Below are positions 1 through 10,192 of a stretch of 64,000 nt of DNA, piece by piece. Source of the stretch: a virus (Duplodnaviria > Caudoviricetes); the IMG/VR virus record IMGVR_UViG_3300047382_000771, positions 136,095 through 200,094 of that record; one strand, 5' to 3'. Each line of letters opens with the position of its first letter. Within the stretch, counting starts at the first letter, position 1. Under the pieces are notes generated by a model. The model did no database searches, was not told where the DNA came from, and saw only the letters and a program-made list of their open reading frames with translations. A program made the position numbers and the translations under genes.

Positions 1-905
1 GAATCGAAAGATTTTGCTATGTTTTGTAAAACTTTATCTGCAGGCAGTAAATTACCTTGTAAATTTTTAACCTGAACACCCATTTCTTCTAGCTGCCTGA
101 TGGACTCAGGTCTTCTTATTCTTGTGAATATTGTTTTAAGTCCATTACCAATCACAGAACCACCTCTAGCAGTGGTTTGTTGTAGCGAGGTTACAATACC
201 AATTAAGTTATTCAACTTAACACCTGCATCAATTGCTACAGCACCCGTACGCTCCAACGCATTAATTAAATCTTCAGAACTAACCGCAAAGTTGACATCA
301 ACAGCGGCCAACTTATCAATAATGTCGGTCGTCGTGACACCGCTATCCCCAAATGCATTGACTGCTGCAGTTAAACCAGATACAGCCTCTTCAGCCTTTA
401 AGCTTGTCAATCGAGTTAAAATTAGTGCATCATTTGTCCTTCTCAAGGTTTCCTCCATGGACAAACCCTGTCTTGAAAACTCTAATGCGGCCTCTGCCAC
501 CTGATTAAAAGACTGCCCCGTATTTTTAGCAGTATCAAACAACGCCATCCCAAAAGCTTCTATGCTTTGTTGTGATGAACCCATTATGACATTTATGTCA
601 GCCATAACCTTTTGGAACTTAATAGTTTCAGCAACTAACCCTTTAAAGGCATTACTGACAGCGTTAATTATTCCTACGGAAAGACCAAAAGCTATAACAC
701 GGGCATTTGATGCTTCTAGTGACTTAGTAAATTCGTTAGCTGAAGCAGTGATTCTCCCCAAAGGCTGGGTAAAAGATTTTGAGTTTACTGAAAAATTAGC
801 CTGCCTACCAGATAGCCTAGACATCATTTTGTTGAATTGCATTTCAACAGAACGCATGCCTTGAGCATCTAGCTCTGGTCTTATTCCTACTCTAACTCCT
901 GCCAT
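1..905 (-). CDS. Tail tape measure protein, N-terminal part (runs off the left edge; not in the ORF track)
   Basis: I translated the minus strand from the ATG at 905: MAGVRVGIRPELD...LAAVDVNFAVSSEDLINALERTGAVA...QQTTARGGSVIGNGLKTIFTRIRRPESIRQLEEMGV. This is a TP901-type tape-measure motif, located downstream of tail genes. Confidence 0.85.
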   Translation of the reverse strand, partial: MAGVRVGIRPELDAQGMRSVEMQFNKMMSRLSGRQANFSVNSKSFTQPLGRITASANEFTKSLEASNARVIAFGLSVGIINAVSNAFKGLVAETIKFQKVMADINVIMGSSQQSIEAFGMALFDTAKNTGQSFNQVAEAALEFSRQGLSMEETLRRTNDALILTRLTSLKAEEAVSGLTAAVNAFGDSGVTTTDIIDKLAAVDVNFAVSSEDLINALERTGAVAIDAGVKLNNLIGIVTSLQQTTARGGSVIGNGLKTIFTRIRRPESIRQLEEMGVQVKNLQGNLLPADKVLQNIAKSFD

Positions 906-982
906 AATTACCTTGTTCCTTTATAATCATACTATTATTACACAAGAACTATGGATCTTGCATATAAAATATATAAGACTTT

Positions 983-3900
983 TTAAACTTGACCACCGCA
1001 ATCGCTCGCAGTTCTTATGAAAGTATTACCTCCACCTAGTGAAGTTCCATTACTATGATTGGTTATTGTTAGGTTTCCGTTACTATCTGTTGTGTAATTT
1101 GATGTATTAGATACATTTGTATCATATATAATTTCTCCTTCACTACCTGCAGCTGAAATAAACCCATTTGGGTTAATATTAGCGAACAGAGGATGGTACC
1201 CAGATGGAATATAATTTGTATTAGCCAGTATAGTTGAAATCTTATAAGCATTATTCCCAGCTGTTCTATCTATATTACCAGTAAACCTAACACCATAATA
1301 AGGTAAAATCTGGTTTACGGAACTTTGGAAAGTATTATGGTCTGTTATAATAAATAAACCCCCACCTTCGTCAAAGTAATCCAGCAAACCTTGTATAAGG
1401 CTATTCGGCAAATACGCACCACCCGTATAATTAGTCCCTAGCCATACTATTACATCGTATCCGTTAAAATATGTTTTCCATGCTGATCGCGTGGTGTGCA
1501 AATTTTGCAAATACCCACTATGAGTGCTTGCACTCTCACTACCTATAGAGGAAGCTGTAAACCCTGCAACTCTAGCAATATCGAGTACAGTATTGTGAAA
1601 TACTTTTGCAGTGTAATTTCCGCCTGGTGCGTCATTGATATATAAAAGTTTTTTCTGTGACCCCTCTTCTCTTTCCACGTGGCTTATGGCATTATAAAAA
1701 TAAGGATACTGGGCTGGCACAGAAGAATCATATATAGAAACACTTCCATTTTTAATGCCCGCGCTATAAGATGCCCACTTGCTATTGTAAAATTTAGGAA
1801 AGCCTCCATCGAATACAAGCCTACCTCCAGGGCCAGATGTCTGGGTCCTGACTTGGCCAGAACCCTCCGCTATGAATAAATTATTAAATTGATCATTAGC
1901 TATAGGCCTAACCAACCCTCTTGTTTCTAGACTTCCTGTTTGTTCAGATATTGTTATTCCGCTATTCGGGGCGGCTCCTGAAATCTGCAAGTTATTATTG
2001 GAGTCTTTAGTCATAGTGTAATTGCCGCAAGGGTTAGTTACAAACTCTACAGTATTTGATGTACCCGTGACAGCTCCCGCGTTCACATTCCCTGTAGCCC
2101 TACATCTACAATAATACTTAGTGTAAGCTATTAAGTCACTAAATATAGTGGACGTTTGAAATGTGGTGAAAACTTTTGCTTCAACTAATTGATTAAAACT
2201 TGAACTCGTACTTATTTCATAAGTATAAGTAGTAGTCCCGTTGTCATTTATAGCCTGATTATCCAAAGCTGACCTAGTCCACCTAAACTCTAATTCTTTA
2301 AATGCTTGGTATGCAGTTGTGCCTACAATATTCTGTTGTCTTCCAACAAATACAAAATTAGCAGTAATTATATCGTCTGATAGTCCCACGGTAAAAGTAG
2401 TTGAACTACTATTTGGATCACTGATTGAGCCGATTCCAGTATTACTCCAATTTGAGAATTCATAATTAGTATTTGCTGTTGCCTGAATTTGAATTGCCGA
2501 TTCGTAATAATATTGGTTAGCCCCAATAGTGGATGGAGTAGTGGTTACCCCAGAACCATTAGAGTCTCCATTAACTGTCACGGTGTAAGGCACACTATTA
2601 TACACAGCACTAATAACTATATCCGAAGCAGGCATCGACAAAACAGCCTCTGGATTATACTGGTCGCTATATGTGATTCCAGATATATTACTTTCCCATC
2701 TATCGAATGTAAAACCTCGTTCAGGAATAGCTCTAATTGTTACACTATCCCCATAGTTTGCTACAGAATTAGATGTATTTAAGGTTGTGCCATTAATATT
2801 TAAAATTGCTTCCTCACCAGATAACCCATCAACTCTTACATTATAATTAACCATTTCGTATTTCGGGGTAATGATTGAGTCTCCAGCTCCTACAGTAAAT
2901 ACCGCTGGATTACTGGTGGGATTGTCTAAAGAACCTGGCCCAGATATTTCCCAACTAGAAAACTGCCATCCAATGTCAGGGGTAGCAGTAACCGTCATAG
3001 TTTGAAATATATTATTAGGGAAAGCAGCCTTGCTCGCAACCGCAGTCCCGTTAGACCCATCAGCCACATTAACTGTGTAATCTATGGGGCTGTACACAGC
3101 TCTAATAAAAGAGTCCGCTGGACCAACAGTTAAAACTGTCCTAGCCGAAGTTATATCGTCCAATAATCCAACTCCCTGAATTATCATCCAACTTTCAAAC
3201 TTGTATCCTGCATCGGGTACGGCTAAGATCTCTACTTTATTATCTATGTTGTATAAGCCAGAACCTAATTCTTGAAAATCTAAAGGCCTGCCTGTTGTAT
3301 CAAAACTATCAATATCGCCATCTACTGTAATTAAATAATCTATTGGGTTAATATTTGCCCTGATTAATGTGTCAGAATTATCAACCCTATAAACTGTCGA
3401 AGCATTTAATTCGTCCCCAATTTCACCATTACCATTAACTATTGACCATGATGCAAAAGAATATCCAGGTCCAGGATAAAATACTAAATTTAATACATCA
3501 AATATGTTATATATTCCACTATTATCTTGCAGCGTACCTATGTAACTATAAGGAAGATTATTGGAGTCAGTCCCCCCTGTTAATATATTTCTATCTGGAT
3601 ACCCATTTACAATAAAGTCCATTTTAATATCATAATCTATTAACCCAAACACACCCTTGATCTGAGCATCAGCATTAAAAATTCTAAAATTTGTAGACGA
3701 CTGCAATGGCTCTTCTATTATCCCAAAACCAGTTTGTTCCCAACCTATGAAGTAATGCCCCCTTATGTCGTTAGCATTTAATGGGATTAAAGTGTCTTGT
3801 GTGCCGCTGACTTCTATATTTGGCTGTGGTAAAAGTGGGTGGGTGTCAAATTCAATACTTATATTATAAATACTAAAATAAATATTTCTTGTAGCTGAGA

Positions 3901-4417
3901 TAAACCCATCTACATTTAAAGATTCCACGGTGAGTTCATGTTCTTGTCCTGTTGGCAAATCTAGCTCTTGGTCCACAATTAAATCATCAATAGATTTATT
4001 TATATATTCACCATCGTTTACTTTCCATCTCCATGAAAACGCATCAGTCCCTCCTATTTCAACATCAAAACTTAATCTTCCTGGACTAAATGTTTTGTAA
4101 TCAAAATTATTAATAACAAGTTCCACATCCGCAAGGAAATACATATCTATTTGTCCAGGAGATATCCCCGCTTTATTTTTAGCAAATACTGCATAGTACC
4201 ATTCACCCCTCTCTTTTTCTTCATCTATAAAAGAGTATTCTTCTTTCGTAAGGTCTACAGTCCTATATACAAGCTCCCCCTTTTCTGCGACCTCTTCCAT
4301 GTCGGTGGTTAAACCTTTAAATGGCTCAAGCCGATATCTAAAGACCACTATTTCATCAGATTCTTCCACAAGCTCTGGTTGACCAAAAGACACATTTAAA
4401 TCTACTTTTTTCATCAT
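983..4417 (-). CDS. Large virion-surface/tail adhesin-like protein: FN3-like N-terminus, multiple InlB-B (Listeria-Bacteroides)-type repeats, FN3, C-terminal GATase-like fold
   Basis: Repeated units such as A.P..GY.F..W (PDAGYKFESW, PDIGWQFSSW, PERGFTFDRW, ANTNYEFSNW). The C-terminal region contains GRLVFDGGFPKFYN and LLDYFDEGGGLFIITDH. Confidence 0.65.
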   Translation of the reverse strand: MMKKVDLNVSFGQPELVEESDEIVVFRYRLEPFKGLTTDMEEVAEKGELVYRTVDLTKEEYSFIDEEKERGEWYYAVFAKNKAGISPGQIDMYFLADVELVINNFDYKTFSPGRLSFDVEIGGTDAFSWRWKVNDGEYINKSIDDLIVDQELDLPTGQEHELTVESLNVDGFISATRNIYFSIYNISIEFDTHPLLPQPNIEVSGTQDTLIPLNANDIRGHYFIGWEQTGFGIIEEPLQSSTNFRIFNADAQIKGVFGLIDYDIKMDFIVNGYPDRNILTGGTDSNNLPYSYIGTLQDNSGIYNIFDVLNLVFYPGPGYSFASWSIVNGNGEIGDELNASTVYRVDNSDTLIRANINPIDYLITVDGDIDSFDTTGRPLDFQELGSGLYNIDNKVEILAVPDAGYKFESWMIIQGVGLLDDITSARTVLTVGPADSFIRAVYSPIDYTVNVADGSNGTAVASKAAFPNNIFQTMTVTATPDIGWQFSSWEISGPGSLDNPTSNPAVFTVGAGDSIITPKYEMVNYNVRVDGLSGEEAILNINGTTLNTSNSVANYGDSVTIRAIPERGFTFDRWESNISGITYSDQYNPEAVLSMPASDIVISAVYNSVPYTVTVNGDSNGSGVTTTPSTIGANQYYYESAIQIQATANTNYEFSNWSNTGIGSISDPNSSSTTFTVGLSDDIITANFVFVGRQQNIVGTTAYQAFKELEFRWTRSALDNQAINDNGTTTYTYEISTSSSFNQLVEAKVFTTFQTSTIFSDLIAYTKYYCRCRATGNVNAGAVTGTSNTVEFVTNPCGNYTMTKDSNNNLQISGAAPNSGITISEQTGSLETRGLVRPIANDQFNNLFIAEGSGQVRTQTSGPGGRLVFDGGFPKFYNSKWASYSAGIKNGSVSIYDSSVPAQYPYFYNAISHVEREEGSQKKLLYINDAPGGNYTAKVFHNTVLDIARVAGFTASSIGSESASTHSGYLQNLHTTRSAWKTYFNGYDVIVWLGTNYTGGAYLPNSLIQGLLDYFDEGGGLFIITDHNTFQSSVNQILPYYGVRFTGNIDRTAGNNAYKISTILANTNYIPSGYHPLFANINPNGFISAAGSEGEIIYDTNVSNTSNYTTDSNGNLTITNHSNGTSLGGGNTFIRTASDCGGQV

Positions 4418-5160
4418 TCTGGTTTATAGTGAGCGATTAATTCTACATTAGACATTATTCTTGCATTAGTTGTACTAGAAGTTATATCTTCAAATACAGC
4501 CGAACCCTGAGTTTCCCATGTGTCAAAAACATATCCAGGCTTTGGATCTGGAGCAACTATTTCGAAAAAATTATCCCACATTTGCTGGAAACTTATAGAA
4601 TCCTCCCCATTGTACTTTAAAGAATTTCCATCTTCTAGCATGGTTACAGAAAATACATCCAAATGATATTCAACTGTTTTAGTTACAGATAGATTTTCAT
4701 CTCTTCCCTCTATTATTATTTTTTGAGGACCACTATCTATATTTACTGTTTGAGTAATATTTGTCTCTGATAGGTCGTAGTCAGTTGCAACATAATCTCC
4801 ATAATACCAATGCCAACTACTGACATCTAAACCGCTAATATTTAATTCTAAATATAATATTCCTTTTACATATTCTAAATTTATTATTTCGATATCAGCG
4901 TCTATTGTTAAATAATTTTTCATCGCGCCAGGACAAAGTAAACCCTTCCTGTTTTCCGCAAATATAGCATAATACCAATCCCCCCTCTCAACGGTGTCTC
5001 TGTGGTATCCAGAATATATTTCACCTGTTTCAAATATCTTCTCTCCGCTTTGGGGCATTTCTTCTATAGACACCTCCCCGCTGTGTCTGTATATTAATAT
5101 ATTCCTAGTGTCGCCACTAAACAATGGAGTCTTCCATGATAAATGTAATTCTGTAGACAT
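4414..5160 (-). CDS. FN3-like plus InlB-B-repeat protein; short paralogue of the N-terminus of 983..4417
   Basis: ERGDWYYAIFAENRKG matches ERGEWYYAVFAKNKAG. One PKPGYVFDTW repeat. Confidence 0.65.
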   Translation of the reverse strand: MSTELHLSWKTPLFSGDTRNILIYRHSGEVSIEEMPQSGEKIFETGEIYSGYHRDTVERGDWYYAIFAENRKGLLCPGAMKNYLTIDADIEIINLEYVKGILYLELNISGLDVSSWHWYYGDYVATDYDLSETNITQTVNIDSGPQKIIIEGRDENLSVTKTVEYHLDVFSVTMLEDGNSLKYNGEDSISFQQMWDNFFEIVAPDPKPGYVFDTWETQGSAVFEDITSSTTNARIMSNVELIAHYKPE

Positions 5161-5161
5161 A

Positions 5162-7219
5162 TTAAAAAAATTCTATCTCATACAGGTCCCATCCAGTTGA
5201 TGATGTGACCGCCTCAACTCTTATAAACGCTATAAAGCCTGTGGTTTGCCCTTTGTCTAAAGATATAGCTACATTACCGTCTGCTTTGTGAAGATTCTGC
5301 ATAATAGTTTTGTTAGCATCAACTATCGTTCTGTTTTCTACACCAATTTGACCTGGACCATTTGGGCTGGCGTTACTCCTATTCCCAAAACTTGCTACAG
5401 CCGAATCGGCACTTGTGTTTGTTAATGTAACCTGCGGTTGAGTTTGAAATTGGCCATTAACCGCATCTCCACCTCCGCCAGTATATAAAAACCTTGTAAC
5501 TGTAAAAGTACCTACTCCATGAGGGTTATTGCTATTTCTCAATGCATCCCCAACATAAAGCGAATCTGCCACCAAATGAGCAGGATCCCCTGGGTTAGTA
5601 GCACCGTCAGGGTTAAAATATATCTGAAACCTGTCTGGAACATTATAGGCATTAAAATGACAAACAACTTTCACGGGATCTGTCCCTATAACCAAGGGTA
5701 TATCGTAAAGGCCCTGGCGAGCACTAAAGTTGACAGAATCCCCCCTGGAAACCCCAACACCTATTTCTACCGATGTTTCGTTACTGTCAGACTGACCATC
5801 ATTGACTTTGTATTTAAATTCATCCACCATATCGAAACTATCGTCATGTTGATATTTAATATGACTTCCATTTGGGTCAGGGTTTCCACTTGCGTCTGTA
5901 ATAGTTGCGGTTCCATGTGCGGGCACCTGTGTAATTATGATTGTTAATACATCTCCATCTGGGTCAAAGTCGTTACTCTTAACATCGATTATAATAGACC
6001 CCCCTTTTTTTCCAACGGCTCTAGGGTCTTTATTGGCTATGGGCGGAGCATTGTCAAGAAAAACTCTTGCTAGTAAATCTATTTTGTTTTCAGTTACTTC
6101 GAAGCTGTAACTATTTCCATCAACAATCTTTCCATTAGTATCATCAATAGATTGCACTAAATATCTATCTCCAGGATCAGGTATAGTGAATGTTGCGATA
6201 TCTCCACACTTATATGTTTGATCAAATAAAACTTGGCCATCCCTGCTATCACCATAACCTATCGATTTAACTTGGACTTGATAGCTTGGAACTTCAACAA
6301 TCGCTGTAAGATTAACATCTTGAGTCATCCTTACTTTTGTCTTATTGGAAAATTTATCTAATACAGCGGCACCACTCCATTCAACGAATTGCAGACATGC
6401 ACTCCCAACATCAGCCTCAAATTCAACAAGATCGTTTCTTTCATAAGGCCCTGCTCCTATAAAATCTAAAGTGCCAGGATCTTGAAGGGAGTCTTTGTCA
6501 AGAGCACTAAGTGTTAAATCAAATGTCACTAGGCCAAAATGTCCAGTTATTACTTTGTCCCTATCCATAATTATAGTACTATGTGGATCTAGCGGGTCAG
6601 TTACTTCATCTCCATCCCAATATTTAAATTCTAAATTATCAGTATCATTACCTACTCCTCTTAATTGAATTTCTCCACCATTTGGATATATACCAGTAAA
6701 AGCACTAGTACCATCTCCATGTCTAATAATTAATTGTCTATTGTAAAATAATGGAAATGGATCATCTTCATCTAACACACCATCATTATCATCATCAAGA
6801 TCATAATCATTAGTAATTCCATCTCCATCAGTATCTAGCTTTAAATAATTTAAACCAAAATCAGCATCTTGAAGATCGGGAATACCGTCATTATCAAAGT
6901 CATATGGATATATGTCTTCGTCGTCAGGTATCCCATCTCCATCTGAGTCTGGGTAAACTTTAAAAGTTTTTAAAGTACATTCTGTATAGCTAACTTTATT
7001 TCTTGCAATAGCTATATATTTAAACTCGCCAACTGAATTCAGTTGATCAATATATGTGCCATTAGATATTCTATTGGTAACGTATATAGGCTGTGTAGAG
7101 TTAACTATTCTATCGCAACTTCTCAACGCACTACCTTTATATATTTCAATGGTATCAATATCAGATGTGTCATCTGGTGTTTCCCATGAAACTAATATAT
7201 TGTAAGGTAGGTAGCTCAT
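5162..7219 (-). CDS. Virion-surface protein: FN3-like, thrombospondin type-3 Ca-binding repeats, InlB-B repeats, Big_9/cadherin-like Ig domain
   Basis: DSDGDGIPDDED, DFDNDGIPD, DTDGDGITND and DDDNDGVLDEDD repeats. Ig motif NAPPIA...IDVKSNDFDPDGDVLTI...DEFKYKVNDG. Confidence 0.7.
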   Translation of the reverse strand: MSYLPYNILVSWETPDDTSDIDTIEIYKGSALRSCDRIVNSTQPIYVTNRISNGTYIDQLNSVGEFKYIAIARNKVSYTECTLKTFKVYPDSDGDGIPDDEDIYPYDFDNDGIPDLQDADFGLNYLKLDTDGDGITNDYDLDDDNDGVLDEDDPFPLFYNRQLIIRHGDGTSAFTGIYPNGGEIQLRGVGNDTDNLEFKYWDGDEVTDPLDPHSTIIMDRDKVITGHFGLVTFDLTLSALDKDSLQDPGTLDFIGAGPYERNDLVEFEADVGSACLQFVEWSGAAVLDKFSNKTKVRMTQDVNLTAIVEVPSYQVQVKSIGYGDSRDGQVLFDQTYKCGDIATFTIPDPGDRYLVQSIDDTNGKIVDGNSYSFEVTENKIDLLARVFLDNAPPIANKDPRAVGKKGGSIIIDVKSNDFDPDGDVLTIIITQVPAHGTATITDASGNPDPNGSHIKYQHDDSFDMVDEFKYKVNDGQSDSNETSVEIGVGVSRGDSVNFSARQGLYDIPLVIGTDPVKVVCHFNAYNVPDRFQIYFNPDGATNPGDPAHLVADSLYVGDALRNSNNPHGVGTFTVTRFLYTGGGGDAVNGQFQTQPQVTLTNTSADSAVASFGNRSNASPNGPGQIGVENRTIVDANKTIMQNLHKADGNVAISLDKGQTTGFIAFIRVEAVTSSTGWDLYEIEFF

Positions 7220-8649
7220 TTTAATCTGTCGATGTCAATTTCAACAATATTTGATTCGTCAAGCACTCTTATTACTTCTAAATCTTCAGGAGCATCAACA
7301 TCTTCAAGAACCCTAGTAATATCAAAATCATGCGGAGTATGCTTGTGTGAAGGAGTACATTTGTCATCTCTCCAATTTGGAAATGAACCGCTAGCAAACA
7401 CTCCATGCTCAGTACCCACACAGAATGTAAAACTACAAGATACGGTAGATTGAGAACCTCCTATACCTGCGTTTAAAGAGTAACTTTCAAATTTAGCATT
7501 ATCAATAACAAAACGCATAAAGCTATCTTTACTCCTAGAAGGCAAACAAGATATAGTACAACTGTTATTTAATAATAAATCTATTTTGTATTCTCTATCA
7601 CTGCATAACATTGGCTTAATATTCCCAGTGTTAAAAGCGCTAGATAATAGTTCAATAGTAAGGGAGCCGATTTGAGGTAATTTTAACCTTCTACCATAGA
7701 CATGTAAAGATTCCATTCCGTATAAATCTTCCCTCTCGAAGGGAACACTCAAATCAAAAGCTTGTATATTTGCGTGACCTCTAGAGCATTCCCCGACATA
7801 ATCCCCAGAGATTATTGGTCCCCCAAACTCTAAATTATCTAATTCGATTGTAATCCCACCAGGTGCTATTGCCGATGTAGCGGATTTATATATATTAGGG
7901 TCAAAAACGTACCCAGTCCCTTCTATAATAGAAGCTCTACCTGTTAGGTCTAAAGATGGGATTGGGACTCCAGAAACTTTTTCGATCTGCTCGTCTCCTT
8001 GTAGTGTAACTTTTCCAGCCTCTTCTTGGAGTCTTATGAAATCAAAATCATTTACATCTTCATTGTTGAGTAGGCTAGCCAGCTCTTTAAGCTCTCTCTC
8101 AAACTCAAAAGACCCGACACAAGAATAAGTCATGTTAGAGCAAGCCATAGATACATTAGCTGTAGCAAAAGAGCCTACAGATGCACTGACGGAATAGTTT
8201 GTTATAAAACAATTACCAAACCCTGCTGCGTCTGTACCCCCGAAATTATTATCCTGCCTATAATAACTAACTAAATCAAAAGGCTCTTCTCCTACTAAAA
8301 AATAAGCCGATTTATCTTCTTTAATTCCCTTGTGAATTGTGCCATTCATGGGGTCATATCCAGACGCAATATTTAAACCCATGACATGCTCTTCATGTCC
8401 GTCTGTTAAGAAGTATTGAAAACTCAGATCAATTGTCGGCTGAGAAATTACTTTTCTAGCAAGGTAGTCATCCGACCCTATTTGAGCTACATCTTGCCTG
8501 ACAGCGGAAACATTAAAAGTTGCCGTCTGAACCCTGTTAAGAAATGTTAATACATCTGAGTCGGGTTTATGTGCTGGAGAATCTGTAAGAAATAATCCTA
8601 CAGAGTTGTATCTTATAGCGTTCCGTATATGTTTAGGGGAGGTGGACAT
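7216..8649 (-). CDS. Tail tube-like protein, divergent paralogue 3
   Basis: LNRVQTATFNVSAVRQDVAQIG...QPTIDLSFQYFLTDG aligns with LKRIQSANYGFTINKQDINQYG...SPTVNLDFSYYLLDG in 10193..11749. Confidence 0.6.
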   Translation of the reverse strand: MSTSPKHIRNAIRYNSVGLFLTDSPAHKPDSDVLTFLNRVQTATFNVSAVRQDVAQIGSDDYLARKVISQPTIDLSFQYFLTDGHEEHVMGLNIASGYDPMNGTIHKGIKEDKSAYFLVGEEPFDLVSYYRQDNNFGGTDAAGFGNCFITNYSVSASVGSFATANVSMACSNMTYSCVGSFEFERELKELASLLNNEDVNDFDFIRLQEEAGKVTLQGDEQIEKVSGVPIPSLDLTGRASIIEGTGYVFDPNIYKSATSAIAPGGITIELDNLEFGGPIISGDYVGECSRGHANIQAFDLSVPFEREDLYGMESLHVYGRRLKLPQIGSLTIELLSSAFNTGNIKPMLCSDREYKIDLLLNNSCTISCLPSRSKDSFMRFVIDNAKFESYSLNAGIGGSQSTVSCSFTFCVGTEHGVFASGSFPNWRDDKCTPSHKHTPHDFDITRVLEDVDAPEDLEVIRVLDESNIVEIDIDRLK

Positions 8650-8701
8650 ACATAATGTATATACACCTCCCCTAAGAAAGTAAGAATACTAAATTCTTAT
8701 T

Positions 8702-10174
8702 TTAGTAACGATAAATAAGAGTTTGATCAGTTGTTGGAGGAAATGTTTCTCTCCACACCAAATCACTAGATCCATTTTCTGTAGCAATGCCTCCACTACT
8801 GTAACTGATGTTAGCTCTTCCAGCTGTACCGTCGAGACGGAATTGATTATCATTAACAACGTCAATTGTAAAACTTCCATCGTATGCAACATCTACACCA
8901 GAGATTACAATCGTATCTCCATCTGTTAGCCCATGAGCTGATACAGTTACTACGGCGTCCGTAGTAGCTTGAGCAGATGCAAAGGATTCAATTTCTAAAG
9001 CCCTAACAGTATTGGATCCTCCTGAAGCTACATAACTTCCAGCATAATTTCCTGCTGGGTCAGCACCTGCAACACCTGCAGAACCTACTGATTGATCATA
9101 GTCTTCGATGAAGTTTTCTGAAAGAAGATTCCAGTAATCAAGGTCTGCAAGATCGTTAGCTGTCGTGATAGCTAATACTGCAGCATCAGTAGCAGTAGCT
9201 GTACCAGATGAAAACTGCAAAGGAGTAGCGAGCGCTGGAATTTCTTCCCAGTATTCGTTACTTGCAGAAGGATCAGCTAAACGTGTGATCTGTGCGGCAT
9301 CAAGAAGGTCAGCGACCTCTGTAGTCTCTAAAGCATAACCTGTGGAATTTGAAAGAATAACTTGAACTCCACCAGTATTAAGCGCCCATACATAACTTGC
9401 CAAGCTTCCTGAAACGACTGCACTTTGGTCTGCGAAGATAGCACTTGTAAATGTATTTGCATCAGTGAAATCTACATCGCCTGCAGTAGAGTTAAGGTAG
9501 TAACCAGCGGCGCTAGGAGCAGTTCCAGCTCCGATGTCATCACCAGCATAATAAAACCATGCTCCGCTTGGTACTATACTAGTAGCGGAAATCTTACCGA
9601 AGTAAGGAGCTGTAAACCTCCTATGTCCACCTGTTCCAGCAAAAGTAAAATCAAGGACATTAACAGTTCCGCCACCTGTGAAGGCAGCAGCTACAATATC
9701 AGATGTAAGTAAAGCAGGGACTAATGTTTTGTCTGAAATTAAAATATTCTCATCGACATAAGCATCCGTAGTGGTGGAATCATTAACTCCGCCAGTAAAG
9801 ATTTCATAAGAGCGTTTAAAATATTTGTTGTTCTTCTTGTAAAGCCCATCGGCATCAAAAGCTTCCATTTCCGCAGAAGTGGTAGCTGTTGTGTCAATTG
9901 CAGCAAGATCTCCATTTTTAACTAAGTTAAAAGAAGATTGTGATTCAAGAATAGAAGTGTGTGCATCTCCAAGGTCGTCAACAGTTGTGAACCTCATAAG
10001 GTCACCTGCGACGATATTAAATCCAGCAGCTGTAGCTGGGTCATATTCTTTGGCGGCCCATCGGCACTCATAAACGAAACCTTCTGTGGCTCCACTATCT
10101 GTTGCGTCGAAGGAATTTAACACTGTTTCGCCTTTGGCGACTTGGGCTAATGCTGATTGTTTTAGTAAACTCAT
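8702..10174 (-). CDS. Ala/Thr/Asp-rich structural protein with a C-terminal FCCH-like beta domain
   Basis: 490-aa ORF among tail genes. The motif VTVSAHGLTDGDTIVISGV...YDGSFTIDVVNDNQFRL recurs in 13998..14687. Confidence 0.55.
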   Translation of the reverse strand: MSLLKQSALAQVAKGETVLNSFDATDSGATEGFVYECRWAAKEYDPATAAGFNIVAGDLMRFTTVDDLGDAHTSILESQSSFNLVKNGDLAAIDTTATTSAEMEAFDADGLYKKNNKYFKRSYEIFTGGVNDSTTTDAYVDENILISDKTLVPALLTSDIVAAAFTGGGTVNVLDFTFAGTGGHRRFTAPYFGKISATSIVPSGAWFYYAGDDIGAGTAPSAAGYYLNSTAGDVDFTDANTFTSAIFADQSAVVSGSLASYVWALNTGGVQVILSNSTGYALETTEVADLLDAAQITRLADPSASNEYWEEIPALATPLQFSSGTATATDAAVLAITTANDLADLDYWNLLSENFIEDYDQSVGSAGVAGADPAGNYAGSYVASGGSNTVRALEIESFASAQATTDAVVTVSAHGLTDGDTIVISGVDVAYDGSFTIDVVNDNQFRLDGTAGRANISYSSGGIATENGSSDLVWRETFPPTTDQTLIYRY

Positions 10175-10192
10175 TTTAATTATTCCTGTCTA

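Noticed and set aside
100-864. Plus-strand ORFs 100..504 and 562..864
   Set aside because: These are antisense shadows of the tape-measure gene. The same applies to most short opposite-strand ORFs nested in long structural genes.
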